Assembly (NCBI GenBank): GCA_032718475.1
Contig: JAUCBJ010001063.1
Coordinates: forward strand, 1 to 43,696
Source of the DNA: Nemertoderma westbladi
Lineage: Eukaryota > Animalia > Xenacoelomorpha
DNA length: 43,696 bases
Reading direction: 5' to 3'
Shown here: positions 1-13,200 of the stretch, in pieces
Numbering within the stretch: position 1 is the first letter of the stretch
Layout of the letters: every line of letters begins with the position of its first letter
Notes under the pieces: generated by a model
What the model was told of the DNA's origin: nothing
Seen by the model: only the letters and a program-made list of their open reading frames with translations
Database searches by the model: none
Position numbers and translations under genes: made by a program

Positions 1-376
1 CTTCTGTATACTAGCTTTGACTCTCCCAGCTATAGTGATAGTATGCAACCTTGGGAGTTAATGTGCGGTCTTACGAGTAAATGTCAAGAGATTAGACTTC
101 ATGTTGCCTCCATTGATTCACTCTTCTTAACTTTATAAAATAACTCCACCCTTATTTAAAGTTTTAAAAATTATGACTTAGTCGACTAATTTTCCAAAAT
201 ATATTATAAAAACATATAATTTCTTGAATAAATAGACCTAATAGTAATAAATATTGTTGGCAAATACATTTATAATACTAATATAATAATTAGGGATAAA
301 TAATCCTAATACTAATATAAATGTTATGGATAAATAGTCCTAATACTATTATGAAAGGAACTCAAACAAACAAATG

Positions 377-1345
377 TCAATAGCGTCGTCCTGCGCGAGC
401 AAATACTGTACGAGAGTTTGATGTTATAGGTCTTCGAAAATAAGTAAAAGCTGGTTGATTTTCTTTAATTTCATCTTCCTCATTAACCAACTGTTTCTTA
501 ATTTCATTCAATTGTTCATTCATTTTCAGTAATTTACTTTTATTTCCCAGAACCTGTCTTAATATCTCTTCTCTATTTTCCTCATTTTCTTCCATTTGTT
601 TAATAAATTTCCGTATTTGATTTTTGTTTCCTAATATTTGTCTCAATATCTCTTCTTTATTTTCATCATTCTCTTCTAAATGTTTAATAATTTTCCGCAA
701 TTTATTCTTATTTCCAAGTAATTGTCTCAATATTTCCTTATTATTATCATTTTCATCATCTTCTTCACTTTCCTGACCTTCACTTTCTTCGTCCTCTTCA
801 TGACCTTCACTTTCTTCATCCTCTTTCTGACCTTCACTTTCGTCATCCTCTTCCCCGCCTTCACTTTCTTCATCGTCTTCCTGACCTTCGCTTTCTTCAT
901 TCTCTTCCTGACCTTCGCTATCTTCACCCTCTTCCTGACCTTCACTTTCTTCGTCATCTTCCTGACCTTCACTCACTTCGTTCTCAACCTCACTCTCTTC
1001 AACTTCATCCTGACCCTCACTATTTTCATTCTCCATCTCATCGTCCTCTTCTTCTTCACTTTCCTCACTCAAATTTTCATCATTTTCTAGGGGTAACTGT
1101 TTTTGTATCCTTTTCAAAATATTCATAACTTTATGAAATTTATTTTCTGTTGTCTGTTTTATCTTTAATATATCACGCTCAACTCTCTTTTTCTTTTCAT
1201 CTTCACTAAAAATATCTTCGGATTTTTTAAATTTCTTTGGTAATGGATCCATTAGTTTATCCTTTCTATGTCTTTCCATGTGACGAGATAGATTGTCTTG
1301 TCTCATTTCTTTATTACAAACCAAACATTTTTCATAACTAGGCAT
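377..1345 (-). CDS. 322-aa protein: N-terminal C2H2-like zinc finger, Glu/Asp-rich tandem repeats, C-terminal repeated coiled-coil-like motif
   Basis: Starts at ATG. CLVC-x12-HMERH spacing; (E)SEGQEDDE(E) repeats; three EILRQ(L/I/V)LGNK repeats. The long ORF extends well beyond the repeat part. Confidence 0.7.
   Translation of the reverse strand: MPSYEKCLVCNKEMRQDNLSRHMERHRKDKLMDPLPKKFKKSEDIFSEDEKKKRVERDILKIKQTTENKFHKVMNILKRIQKQLPLENDENLSEESEEEEDDEMENENSEGQDEVEESEVENEVSEGQEDDEESEGQEEGEDSEGQEENEESEGQEDDEESEGGEEDDESEGQKEDEESEGHEEDEESEGQESEEDDENDNNKEILRQLLGNKNKLRKIIKHLEENDENKEEILRQILGNKNQIRKFIKQMEENEENREEILRQVLGNKSKLLKMNEQLNEIKKQLVNEEDEIKENQPAFTYFRRPITSNSRTVFARAGRRY
770..1020 (-). repeat. Coding minisatellite (27-30 bp) encoding ESEGQE-type acidic repeats
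   Basis: Recurrent CCTGACCTTCACTTTCTTC on the + strand. Confidence 0.85.
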
Positions 1346-1485
1346 TATATAGCAATGTCAATTGATATTATGAGTTTTCGATAAATGATTTTACATAATT
1401 TTAAATAAATAAAACTTTTATGAAAATAAATAAAACTTTTAAAAATAAAAATTAGAGAATGAATGGGAATGCGGTGACTGGGGGC

Positions 1486-1492
1486 TTTTATA
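1486..1492 (-). promoter_or_regulatory. TATA box (TATAAAA) for the 377..1345 ORF
   Basis: CCTCTATAAAAGCCCC on the minus strand, in GC-richer flanks ~140 bp upstream of the ATG. Confidence 0.5.
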
Positions 1493-1807
1493 GAGGGAGG
1501 TTAGAATGGAGTTGTGAAAGAAGAATAATCTATTGCAAGAGCAGATGTTTATTATAATTTCTTGGACGAATTGATGTAATAACGAAGCTGAAGGTTTGAA
1601 TAATTAAAGCTCTGTGGCATGCCCCATTCACGCAGGCCCCATTCACGCATTGATGTTTGGGTTAGTCATGCTATAGTTAATAAGAGCCCAAACAGCCACA
1701 GATTATTGAGGGATGACTCAGGGCCAAACTGGGCCGCACAGTGCCTATTGTATTGTATATTTCGTTTGTTATAGTACAATTTATTCATCTCGCGTCCCTA
1801 TCTGATT

Positions 1808-1920
1808 GATTTGTATCAAATTAAATTGCCTTTGGCAACATTATTTGATACAAATCGATTGATTAAACAATTAATTAATTGTTTAATCGACCAATTAATT
1901 AATTGATTAATTAATTAATG
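1808..1920. repeat. Cluster of AT-rich inverted repeats/palindromes
   Basis: GATTTGTATCAAAT (1808-1821) pairs with ATTTGATACAAATC (1843-1856). Perfect 28-bp palindrome GATTAAACAATTAATTAATTGTTTAATC at 1861-1888, followed by TTAA runs. Confidence 0.85.
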
Positions 1921-2952
1921 ACCTACTTAACACCCAAGGTGTGAAGTAGGACTAAACTGTCGCCGAAGTAGGGTAAACCATTACTACTTGCTTACCTTAC
2001 TTACATGCCTATAACTCCCATGTGATTCATTTGCGACTTATAAGTCAATACTTTAAAGGCATGTCACATCAATATGGCAGCAAAATAATTCTCATCAAAT
2101 TGTGTGTGGTGAAGATTTGGAGTAATGCATAGGGCGGGTTAAATCCTTATACTGTTGTTGTAAGGCCTGTTGGGTGTTTGTTAGGGAATGTCCTACGCTA
2201 CATGCTTCAGTATATTGGTTGTTGTTGTTGACAGCATAAATAAATTATTTGAATAAAGGCGTTCCTGAATGAAGAACTGTAGGTTTATGTAGGTAATATG
2301 TACGTCTGAACAAAACCTGTTACCTTATTACATCATTAATTACAGTTGCAACAGCTCAACTCCAATTTATGTAGGTAAGACAAAGCAAGCTATATAACAA
2401 TCTCGCTCTACTACATTACGACTCAATTACACCTACAGTACTGTGGGATCAGCTGATAATATTGGGCTGAAGGACATTTTTTCAAGTTGGTTAAAATTAT
2501 ATCTAATTTGAGGAATTCATAGTTCCATAAATCCAGTTGACCTAAAAACCTGATTTTTCACTACCTATTTTTTATTATTTTTAACTTGTATATTTTATAC
2601 AATTTTATTTTTCATACGGAACTTATATTTTAATAAAATTGCATTCATCTTGAACCCTTTTTATTTTAATAAAATAGGTAGCTATCATCTTTAATGCTAA
2701 CTTTTATAATTTTATAAAAAAATATAAATATGGAACTTGTATTCTTCGTTCTACTGATGAACTCGCTAATGCATTTAAATATGGTGATCCAATTACTCGT
2801 TACAACAGATTTGTAGAACTATTTGCGATATGTAGCTTTTATAACAAACTCCATCGCATTCAATAATTACACTCAAGAGCTAACCACATCCCCACCCACC
2901 ACCCTAAAATGTATTCAAGGGCTTATTCAATTAGGCCGTTTAATATTTTGGA

Positions 2953-2985
2953 GGTTCACCCAGCCATTGCATGGCTGGGTGAACC
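2953..2985. repeat. 15-bp perfect stem-loop present in every array unit (unit 1 copy)
   Basis: GGTTCACCCAGCCAT-TGC-ATGGCTGGGTGAACC. Confidence 0.95.
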
Positions 2986-4196
2986 AGGGTTTGAAATTTA
3001 ATAGATAAAATTTAAAGTACATCTGGCAATGCCCCTAATGCTTTGCATATAATATTTTAATTATTATTAAATATTTAATTAACCTTATTAGATGCTTTAG
3101 GCCAAAGATCATATTGATCATGCTCAAAGATCATAATAATGACCCATTTGGGCAAATTGACTGAAATTGTGTATATCACCCAATAGCGAACCCATTTCGA
3201 CCAAAAAGTTACTAATTTTAAATCAATATCGCTCATTTTGCCTTTTTGGTATAATATCGCCTACTTCCTGAAGGTGGCCATTTGCCTCTGATATTCGACT
3301 TGGCAGGCAGGGACCCGATTTTACGAAAATCCATTTATCTCAGCTTCCGCTGGGTCTTTTTGAAAATTTAAAAAATTGGCGAGCTCCTCTCATTGTTTCC
3401 CATCGATTGGCAGCATTAATTTCGATATTCCATCAATAAATCATTCTTAATTAGCGCTAATTACTAATTACTGCATTTTTTAACGACTAATTGATTTTCC
3501 TCTATAACTCGAGAACATCTTAATTTACGGTTCTGGGACCACTTCCGTTGGATAGATCTCGAGCCCCCCGACCATATCTCTTGTACATGTTTTTACTTTA
3601 AACGAATCCTTCCCGTAGTAATAGGCGAAAACAATATCGGCCAATCGGCGACCTTCGTTGGCCCCGTAGACCTCCTAGAATTAATTTTTTTCAATTTTTT
3701 ATTGGGTCCGTCAAGCATAATTCGGGGGTAAGGAACATTTTGTAGTTTGTAACTTTTCCGAAATTCCCACTCCTTCTAGGTGTATTTTGCGAAAGATCAA
3801 AAAGATCGTGTTTGACCTTGGCCCGATCGAGACCCCCGCATCGGATCGCTTAGAAAAAAGATGTGGCTGGAGTAAACCATATACCCCCTACGCGATCCAA
3901 GTGGCGCCGTTTCCCCAGGTATAGCCAGTTTGGCTAAAAACGAAATGTCCATTTTGGCGGGAAATTCAAATTTTTTAATTTTAAATCGCTTATAACTCGA
4001 GAACCGCTGGTCGGATCGGGCTCAAATTTTTTTTTAGTCAACTAAAAAGGGGGGTATTGTGGGGTACCTGTATCGGCGTTTTCCCCCAATATGCTCCCTT
4101 ATACCCTATCTCGGCCACACCGTACACTTTGGATAAGTTGGGAGAAATTGTTAGAGGAGGCGAGGCAGAGGTAGTGTTAGGTAGTGGTTAAAACCA

Positions 4197-4213
4197 CCCG
4201 GCCTTCGGCCGGG
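4197..4213. repeat. GC-rich subterminal hairpin of the array unit (unit 1 copy)
   Basis: CCCGGCC-TTC-GGCCGGG, 30 bp before the unit end. Extendable by AAAACCA/TGGTTTT and GAGGCGAGGC/GCCTCGTCTC. Confidence 0.9.
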
Positions 4214-7200
4214 ACATGGTTTTTTCGCCTCGTCTCGTCCAGTTGACCTAAAAACCTATCTATTTTTATTTTATTATTCTATTACTTTCATTTTTTTATA
4301 CTATTTTTTTTAATATGGAACTTTTTTTTCTAATAAAATAGCTTTCATCTTGAACTTTTATTCTAAGAAGATAGAAAAAATACTTTTGTCTTTCACGCTA
4401 ACTTGTATTTTTAATACAATTTTTTTTAATATGGAACTTGTATTCATTCTACTGATGAGCACCCTAATACATTTATATATAAGATGCTTTAGGCATTCCA
4501 ATTACTAGTTACAACCCAGAAATTTATAACGATTTACAATATGCTTTTATAACAAACTCCATCGCATTCAATAATTACACTCAAGAGCTAACCACATCCC
4601 CACCCACCACCCTAAAATGTATTTAAGGGCTTTTTCAATTAGGCCGTTTAGTATTTTGGTGGTTCACCCAGCCATTGCATGGCTGGGTGAACCAGGGTTT
4701 GAAATTTAAAAGATAAAATTTAAAGTACATCGGGCAATGCCCCTAATGCTTTGTATATAATATTTTAATTATTATATAATATTTAATTAACCTTATTAGA
4801 TGCTTTAGGCCAAAGATCATATTGATCATGCTCAAAGATCATAAAAATGACCCATTTGGGCAAATTGACTAAAATTATGTATATCACCCAATAGCGAACC
4901 CGTTTCGACCAAAAAGTTACTAATTTTAAATCAATATCACTCATTTTGCCTTTTTGGTATATTATCGCCTACTTCCTGAAGGTAGCCATTCGCCTGTGAT
5001 ATTCAACTTGGCAGTCAGGGACCCGATTTTACGAAAATCCATTTATCTCCGCTTCCGCTGGGTCTTTTTGTAAATTTAAAAAATTGGCGAGCTCCTCTCG
5101 TTGTTTCCCATCGATTGGCTGCGTTAATTTCTATATTCCATCAATTAATGCGTTCTTAATTAGCGCTAATTGCTAATTACTGCATTTTTTAACGACTCGT
5201 TAAATTTCCTCCATAACTCGAGAACTTCTTAATTTACGATTCCGGGACCGCTTCCGTTGGATAGATCTCGAGCTTCCCGACCATATCTCTTGTACATGTT
5301 TTTACTTTAAACGAATCCTTCCCGTAGTAATAGGCGAAAATAATATCGGCCAATCAGCGACCTTCGTTGGCCCCGTAGACCCCCTAGAATTAATTTTTTT
5401 CAATTTTTTATTGGGTCCGTCAAGCATAATTCGGGGGTAAGGAACATTTTGTAGTTTGTAACTTTTCCGAAATTCCCACTCCTTCTAGGTGTATTTCGCG
5501 AAAGATCAAAAAGATCGTGTTTGACCTTGGCCTGATCGAGACCCCCGCATCGGATCGCTTAGAAAAAAGATGTGGCTGGAGTAAACCATATACCCCCTAC
5601 GCGATCCAAGCGTCGCCGTTTCCCCAGGTATAGCCAGTTTGTCTAAAAACGAAATGTCCATTTTGGCGGGAAATTCAAATTTTTTAATTTTAAATCGCTT
5701 ATAACTCGAGAACCGCCGCTCGGATCGGGCCCAAATTTTTTTTTAGACAACTAATTAGGGGGGTATTGTGGGGTACCTGTATCGGCGTTTTCCCCCAATA
5801 TGCTCCCTTATACCCTATCTCGGCCACCTCGTAAACTTTGGGTATTAAGGAGAAATTGTTAGAGGAGGCGAGGCAATGGTAGTGTTAGGTAGTGGTTAAA
5901 ACCACCCGGCCTTTGGCCGGGACATGGTTTTTTCGCCTCGTCTCGTCCAGTTGACCTAAAAACCTATCTATTTTATTTTTAACTTGGTTAAACTTTTTAT
6001 TTTTTTTTTTATATAATTTTATTATTAATGGAACTTTTATTCTAATAAAATAGCTTTCATCTTGAACTTTTATTCTAAGAAAATAGAAAAAATACTTTTG
6101 TCTTTAACGCTGGCGCTATCTTGTATTTTTTGGACAATTTTTTTAATATAGAACTTGTATTCATTCTACTGGTGAGCACCCTAATACATTTAAATATAAG
6201 ATGCTTTAGGCATTCCAATTACTAGTTACAACCCAGAAATTTATAACGATTTACAATATGCTTTTATAACAAACTCCATCGCATTCAATAATTACACTCA
6301 AGAGCTAACCACATCCCCACCCACCACCCTAAAATGTATTTAAGGGCTTATTCAATTAGGCCGTTTAATATTTTGGAGGTTCACCCAGCCATTGCATGGC
6401 TGGGTGAACCAGGGTTTGAAATTTAATAGATAAAATTTAAAGTACATCTGGCAATGCCCCTAATGCTTTGCATATAATATTTTAATTATTATAAAATATT
6501 TAATTAACCTTATTAGATGCTTTAGGCCAAAGATCATATTGATCATGCTCAAAGATCATAAAAATGACCCATTTGGGCAAATTGACTGAAATTGTGTATA
6601 TCACCCAATAGCGAACCCATTTCGACCAAAAAGTTACTAATTTTAAATCAATATCGCTCGTTTTGCCTTTTTGGTATATTATCGCCTACTTCCTGAAGGT
6701 GACGATTCGCCTCGAATATTCGACTTGCCAGTCCCGGACCCGATTTTACGAAAATCCATTTATCTCCGCTTCCGCTGGGTCTTTTTGAAAATTTAAAAAA
6801 TTGACGAGCTCCTCTCATTGTTTCCCATCGATTGGCAGCGTTAATTTCGATATTCCATCATTAAATCATTCTTAATTAGCGCTAATTACTAATTACTGCA
6901 TTTTTTAACGACTCATTGATTTTCCTCCATAACTCGAGAAGATCTTAATTTACGATTCTGGGACCGCTTCCGTTTGATAGATCTCGAGCCTCCCGACCAT
7001 TTCTCTTGTACATGTTTTTACTTTAAACGATTCCTTCCCGTAGTAATAGGCGAAAATACTATCGGCCAATCGGCGACCTTCGTTGGCCCCGTAGACCCCC
7101 TAGAATTAATTTTTTTCAATTTTTTATTGGGTCCGTCAAGCATAATTCGGGGGTAAGGAACATTTTGTAGTTTTTAACTTTTTCGAAATTCCCACTCCTT

Positions 7201-10200
7201 CTAGGTGTATTTCGCGAAAGATCGAAAAGATCGTGTTTGACCTTTGCCCGATCGAGCCCCCCGCTTCGGATCGCTTAGAAAAAAGTTATGGCTGGACTAA
7301 CCCCTATACCCCCTACGCGATCCAAGTGTCGCCGTTTCCCCAGGTATAGCCAGTTTGTCTAAAAACGAAATGTCCATTTTGGCGGGAAATTCAAATTTTT
7401 TAATTTTAAATCGCTTATAACTCGAGAACCGCTGGTCGGATCGGGCCCAAATTTTTTTTTAGTCAACTAAAAAGGGGGGTATTGTGGGGTACCTGTATCG
7501 GCGTTTTCCCCCAATATGCGCCCTTATACCCTATCTCGGCCACCTCGTAAACTTTCTGTATTAAGGAGAAATTATTAGAGGAGGCGAGGCAGGGGTAGTA
7601 TTAGGTAGTGGTTAAAACCACCCGGCCTTCGGCCGGGACATGGTTTTTTCGCCTCTTCTCGTCCAGTTGACCTAAAAACCTATCTATTTTTATTTTATTA
7701 TTCTATTACTTTCATTTTTTTATACTATTTTTTTTAATATGGAACTTTTTTTTCTAATAAAATAGCTTTCATCTTGAACTTTTATTCTAAGAAGATAGAA
7801 AAAATACTTTTGTCTTTCACGCTAACTTGTATTTTTAATACAATTTTTTTTAATATGGAACTTGTATTCATTCTACTGATGAGCACCCTAATACATTTAT
7901 ATATAAGATGCTTTAGGCATTCCAATTACTAGTTACAACCCAGAAATTTATAACGATTTACAATATGCTTTTATAACAAACTCCATCGCATTCAATAATT
8001 ACACTCAAGAGCTAACCACATCCCCACCCACCACCCTAAAATGTATTTAAGGGCTTTTTCAATTAGGCCGTTTAGTATTTTGGTGGTTCACCCAGCCATT
8101 GCATGGCTGGGTGAACCAGGGTTTGAAATTTAAAAGATAAAATTTAAAGTACATCGGGCAATGCCCCTAATGCTTTGTATATAATATTTTAATTATTATA
8201 TAATATTTAATTAACCTTATTAGATGCTTTAGGCCAAAGATCATATTGATCATGCTCAAAGATCATAAAAATGACCCATTTGGGCAAATTGACTAAAATT
8301 ATGTATATCACCCAATAGCGAACCCGTTTCGACCAAAAAGTTACTAATTTTAAATCAATATCACTCATTTTGCCTTTTTGGTATATTATCGCCTACTTCC
8401 TGAAGGTAGCCATTCGCCTGTGATATTCAACTTGGCAGGCAGGGACCCGATTTTACGAAAATCCATTTATCTCCGCTTCCGCTGGGTCTTTTTGTAAATT
8501 TAAAAAATTGGCGAGCTCCTCTCGTTGTTTCCCATCGATTGGCTGCGTTAATTTCTATATTCCATCAATTAATGCGTTCTTAATTAGCGCTAATTGCTAA
8601 TTACTGCATTTTTTAACGACTCGTTAAATTTCCTCCATAACTCGAGAACTTCTTAATTTACGATTCCGGGACCGCTTCCGTTGGATAGATCTCGAGCTTC
8701 CCGACCATATCTCTTGTACATGTTTTTACTTTAAACGAATCCTTCCCGTAGTAATAGGCGAAAATAATATCGGCCAATCAGCGACCTTCGTTGGCCCCGT
8801 AGACCCCCTAGAATTAATTTTTTTCAATTTTTTATTGGGTCCGTCAAGCATAATTCGGGGGTAAGGAACATTTTGTAGTTTGTAACTTTTCCGAAATTCC
8901 CACTCCTTCTAGGTATATTTCGCGAAAGATCAAAAAGATCGTGTTTGACCTTCGCCCGATCGAGACCCCCGCATCGGATCGCTTAGAAAAAAGATGTGGC
9001 TGGAGTAAACCATATACCCCCTACGCGTTCCAAGCGTCGCCGTTTCCCCAGGTATTGCCAGTTTGGCTAAAAACGAAATGTCCATTTTGGCGGGAAATTC
9101 AAATTTTTTAATTTTAAATCGCTTATAACTCGAGAACCGCTGGTCGGATCGGGCCCAAATTTTTTTTTAGACAACTAAAAAGGGGGGTATTGTGGGGTAC
9201 CTGTATCGGCGTTTTCCTCCAATATGCTCCCTTATACCCTATCTCGGCCACACCGTACACTTTGGATAAGTTGGGAGAAATTGTTAGAGGAGGCGAGGCA
9301 GAGGTAGTGTTAGGTAGTGGTTAAAACCACCCGGCCTTTGGCCGGGACATGGTTTTTTCGCCTCGTCTCGTCCAGTTGACCTAAAAACCTATCTATTTTT
9401 ATTTTATTATTCTATTACTTTCATTTTTTTATACTATTTTTTTTAATATGGAACTTTTTTTTCTAATAAAATAGCTTTCATCTTGAACTTTTATTCTAAG
9501 AAGATAGAAAAAATACTTTTGTCTTTCACGCTAACTTGTATTTTTAATACAATTTTTTTTAATATGGAACTTGTATTCATTCTACTGATGAGCACCCTAA
9601 TACATTTATATATAAGATGCTTTAGGCATTCCAATTACTAGTTACAACCCAGAAATTTATAACGATTTACAATATGCTTTTATAACAAACTCCATCGCAT
9701 TCAATAATTACACTCAAGAGCTAACCACATCCCCACCCACCACCCTAAAATGTATTTAAGGGCTTTTTCAATTAGGCCGTTTAGTATTTTGGTGGTTCAC
9801 CCAGCCATTGCATGGCTGGGTGAACCAGGGTTTGAAATTTAAAAGATAAAATTTAAAGTACATCGGGCAATGCCCCTAATGCTTTGTATATAATATTTTA
9901 ATTATTATATAATATTTAATTAACCTTATTAGATGCTTTAGGCCAAAGATCATATTGATCATGCTCAAAGATCATAAAAATGACCCATTTGGGCAAATTG
10001 ACTAAAATTATGTATATCACCCAATAGCGAACCCGTTTCGACCAAAAAGTTACTAATTTTAAATCAATATCACTCATTTTGCCTTTTTGGTATATTATCG
10101 CCTACTTCCTGAAGGTAGCCATTCGCCTGTGATATTCAACTTGGCAGTCAGGGACCCGATTTTACGAAAATCCATTTATCTCCGCTTCCGCTGGGTCTTT

Positions 10201-13200
10201 TTGTAAATTTAAAAAATTGGCGAGCTCCTCTCGTTGTTTCCCATCGATTGGCTGCGTTAATTTCTATATTCCATCAATTAATGCGTTCTTAATTAGCGCT
10301 AATTGCTAATTACTGCATTTTTTAACGACTCGTTAAATTTCCTCCATAACTCGAGAACTTCTTAATTTACGATTCCGGGACCGCTTCCGTTGGATAGATC
10401 TCGAGCTTCCCGACCATATCTCTTGTACATGTTTTTACTTTAAACGAATCCTTCCCGTAGTAATAGGCGAAAATAATATCGGCCAATCAGCGACCTTCGT
10501 TGGCCCCGTAGACCCCCTAGAATTAATTTTTTTCAATTTTTTATTGGGTCCGTCAAGCATAATTCGGGGGTAAGGAACATTTTGTAGTTTGTAACTTTTC
10601 CGAAATTCCCACTCCTTCTAGGTATATTTCGCGAAAGATCAAAAAGATCGTGTTTGACCTTCGCCCGATCGAGACCCCCGCATCGGATCGCTTAGAAAAA
10701 AGATGTGGCTGGAGTAAACCATATACCCCCTACGCGTTCCAAGCGTCGCCGTTTCCCCAGGTATTGCCAGTTTGGCTAAAAACGAAATGTCCATTTTGGC
10801 GGGAAATTCAAATTTTTTAATTTTAAATCGCTTATAACTCGAGAACCGCTGGTCGGATCGGGCCCAAATTTTTTTTTAGACAACTAAAAAGGGGGGTATT
10901 GTGGGGTACCTGTATCGGCGTTTTCCTCCAATATGCTCCCTTATACCCTATCTCGGCCACACCGTACACTTTGGATAAGTTGGGAGAAATTGTTAGAGGA
11001 GGCGAGGCAGAGGTAGTGTTAGGTAGTGGTTAAAACCACCCGGCCTTTGGCCGGGACATGGTTTTTTCGCCTCGTCTCGTCCAGTTGACCTAAAAACCTA
11101 TCTATTTTATTTTTAACTTGGTTAAACTTTTTATTTTTTTTTTTATATAATTTTATTATTAATGGAACTTTTATTCTAATAAAATAGCTTTCATCTTGAA
11201 CTTTTATTCTAAGAAAATGGAAAAAATACTTTTGTCTTTAATGCTGGCGCTATCTTGTATTTTTTGGACAATTTTTTTAAATATAGAACTTGTATTCATT
11301 CTACTGGTGAGCACCCTAATACATTTAAATATAAGATGCTTTAGGCATTACAATTACTAGTTACAACCCAGAAATTTATAAAGATTTACAATATGCTTTT
11401 ATAACAAACTCCATCGCATTCAATAATTACACTCAAGAGCTAACCACATCCCCACCCACCACCCTAAAATGTATTTAAGGGCTTTTTCAATTAGGCCGTT
11501 TAGTATTTTGGTGGTTCACCCAGCCATTGCATGGCTGGGTGAACCAGGGTTTGAAATTTAAAAGATCAAATTTAAAGTACATCTGGCAATGCCCCTAATG
11601 CTTTGCATATAATGTTTTAATTACTATAAAATATTTAATTACCCTTATTAGATGCTTAAGGCCAAAGATCTTATTGATCATGCTCAAAGATCATAAAAAT
11701 GACCCATTTGGGCAAATTGACTAAAACTGTGTATATCACCCAATAGCGAACCCGTTTCGACCAAAAAGTTACTAATTTTAAATCAATATCGCTCGTTTTG
11801 CCTTTTTGGTATATTATCGCCTACTTCCCAAAGGTGGCGATTCGCCTCTGATATTCGACTTGGCAGTCGGGGACCCGATTTTACGAAAATCCATTTATCT
11901 CGGCTTCCGCTGGGTATTTTTGAAAATTTAAAAAATTGACGAGCTCCTCTCGTTGTTTCCCATCGATTGGTGTTGTTAATTTCTATATTCCATCAAAAAA
12001 TCATTCTTAATTAGCGCTAATTGCTAATTACTGCATTTTTTAACGACTTATTAAATTTCCCCCATAACTCGAGAACTTCTTAATTTACGATTCCGGAACC
12101 GCTTCCGTTGGATAGATCTCGAGCCTCCCGACCATATCTCTTGTACATGTTTTTACTTTAAACGAATCCTTCCCGTAGTAATAGGCGAAAATAATATCGG
12201 CCAATCGGCGACCTTCGTTGGCCCCGTAGACCCCCTAGAATTAATTTTTTTCAATTTTTTATTGGGTCCGTCAAGCATAATTCGGGGGTAAGGAACATTT
12301 TGTAGTTTGTAACTTTTCCGAAATTCCCACTCCTTTTAGGTGTATTTCGCGAAAGATCAAAAAGATCGTGTTTGACCTTGGCCCGATCGAGACCCCCGCA
12401 TCGGATCGCTTAGAAAAAAGATGTGGCTGGAGTAAACCATATACCCCCTACGCGATCCAAGCGACGCCGTTTCCCCAGGTATAGCCAGTTTGGCTAAAAA
12501 CGAAATGTCCATTTTGGCGGGAAATTCAAATTTTTTAATTTTAAATCGCTTATAACTCGAGAACCGCCGGTCGGATCGGGCCCAAATTTTTTTTTAGACA
12601 ACTAATTAGGGGGGTATTGTGGGGTACCTGTATCGGCGTTTTCCCCCAATATGCTCCCTTATACCCTATCTCGGCCACCTCGTAAACTTTGGGTATTAAG
12701 GAGAAATTGTTAGAGGAGGCGAGGCAATGGTAGTGTTAGGTAGTGGTTAAAACCACCCGGCCTTTGGCCGGGACATGGTTTTTTCGCCTCTTCTCGTCCA
12801 GTTGACCTAAAAACCTGATTTTACACTACCTATTTCTTCTTATTTTTAACTTAAATATTTTATACAATTTTTTTCATTCGAAACTTTTATTTTAATAAAA
12901 TTGCTTTCATCTTGAACCCTTTTATTTTAATAATATAGGTAGGTAGCTATCATCTATAATGCTAACTTGTATATTTTTATAAAAAAAATTTAAAACGGAA
13001 CTTGTATTCTTCATTCTACTGATGAAATCGCTAATGCATTTAAATATGGTGATCCAATTACCCGTTACAACAGATTTGTAGAACTATTTGCGATATGTAG
13101 CTTTTATAACAAACTCCATCGCATTCAATAATTACACTCAAGAGCTAACCACATCCCCACCCACCACCCTAAAATGTATTTAAGGGCTTTTTCAATTAGG

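Larger units (their letters stand above)
1..1988. mobile_element. Probable terminal segment of a Maverick/Polinton-like large DNA transposon or endogenous virus (continues beyond window start)
   Basis: Segment ends ...GGGTAAACCATTACTACT at 1988 (reverse complement starts AGTAGT, the canonical Maverick terminus). Subterminal AT-rich palindromes lie at 1808-1920. An intronless, TATA-preceded ORF is transcribed inward from the end. No pPolB, integrase or capsid gene is visible in the window. Confidence 0.5.

Noticed and set aside
722-1090. Hydrophobic 122-aa and Lys-rich 81-aa ORFs
   Set aside because: Antisense and alternate-frame shadows of the acidic repeat.
2823-3008. 60-61-aa ORFs inside array units (also 6974, 17247, 18226)
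   Set aside because: TTG starts, present in only some units, no recognisable motif.
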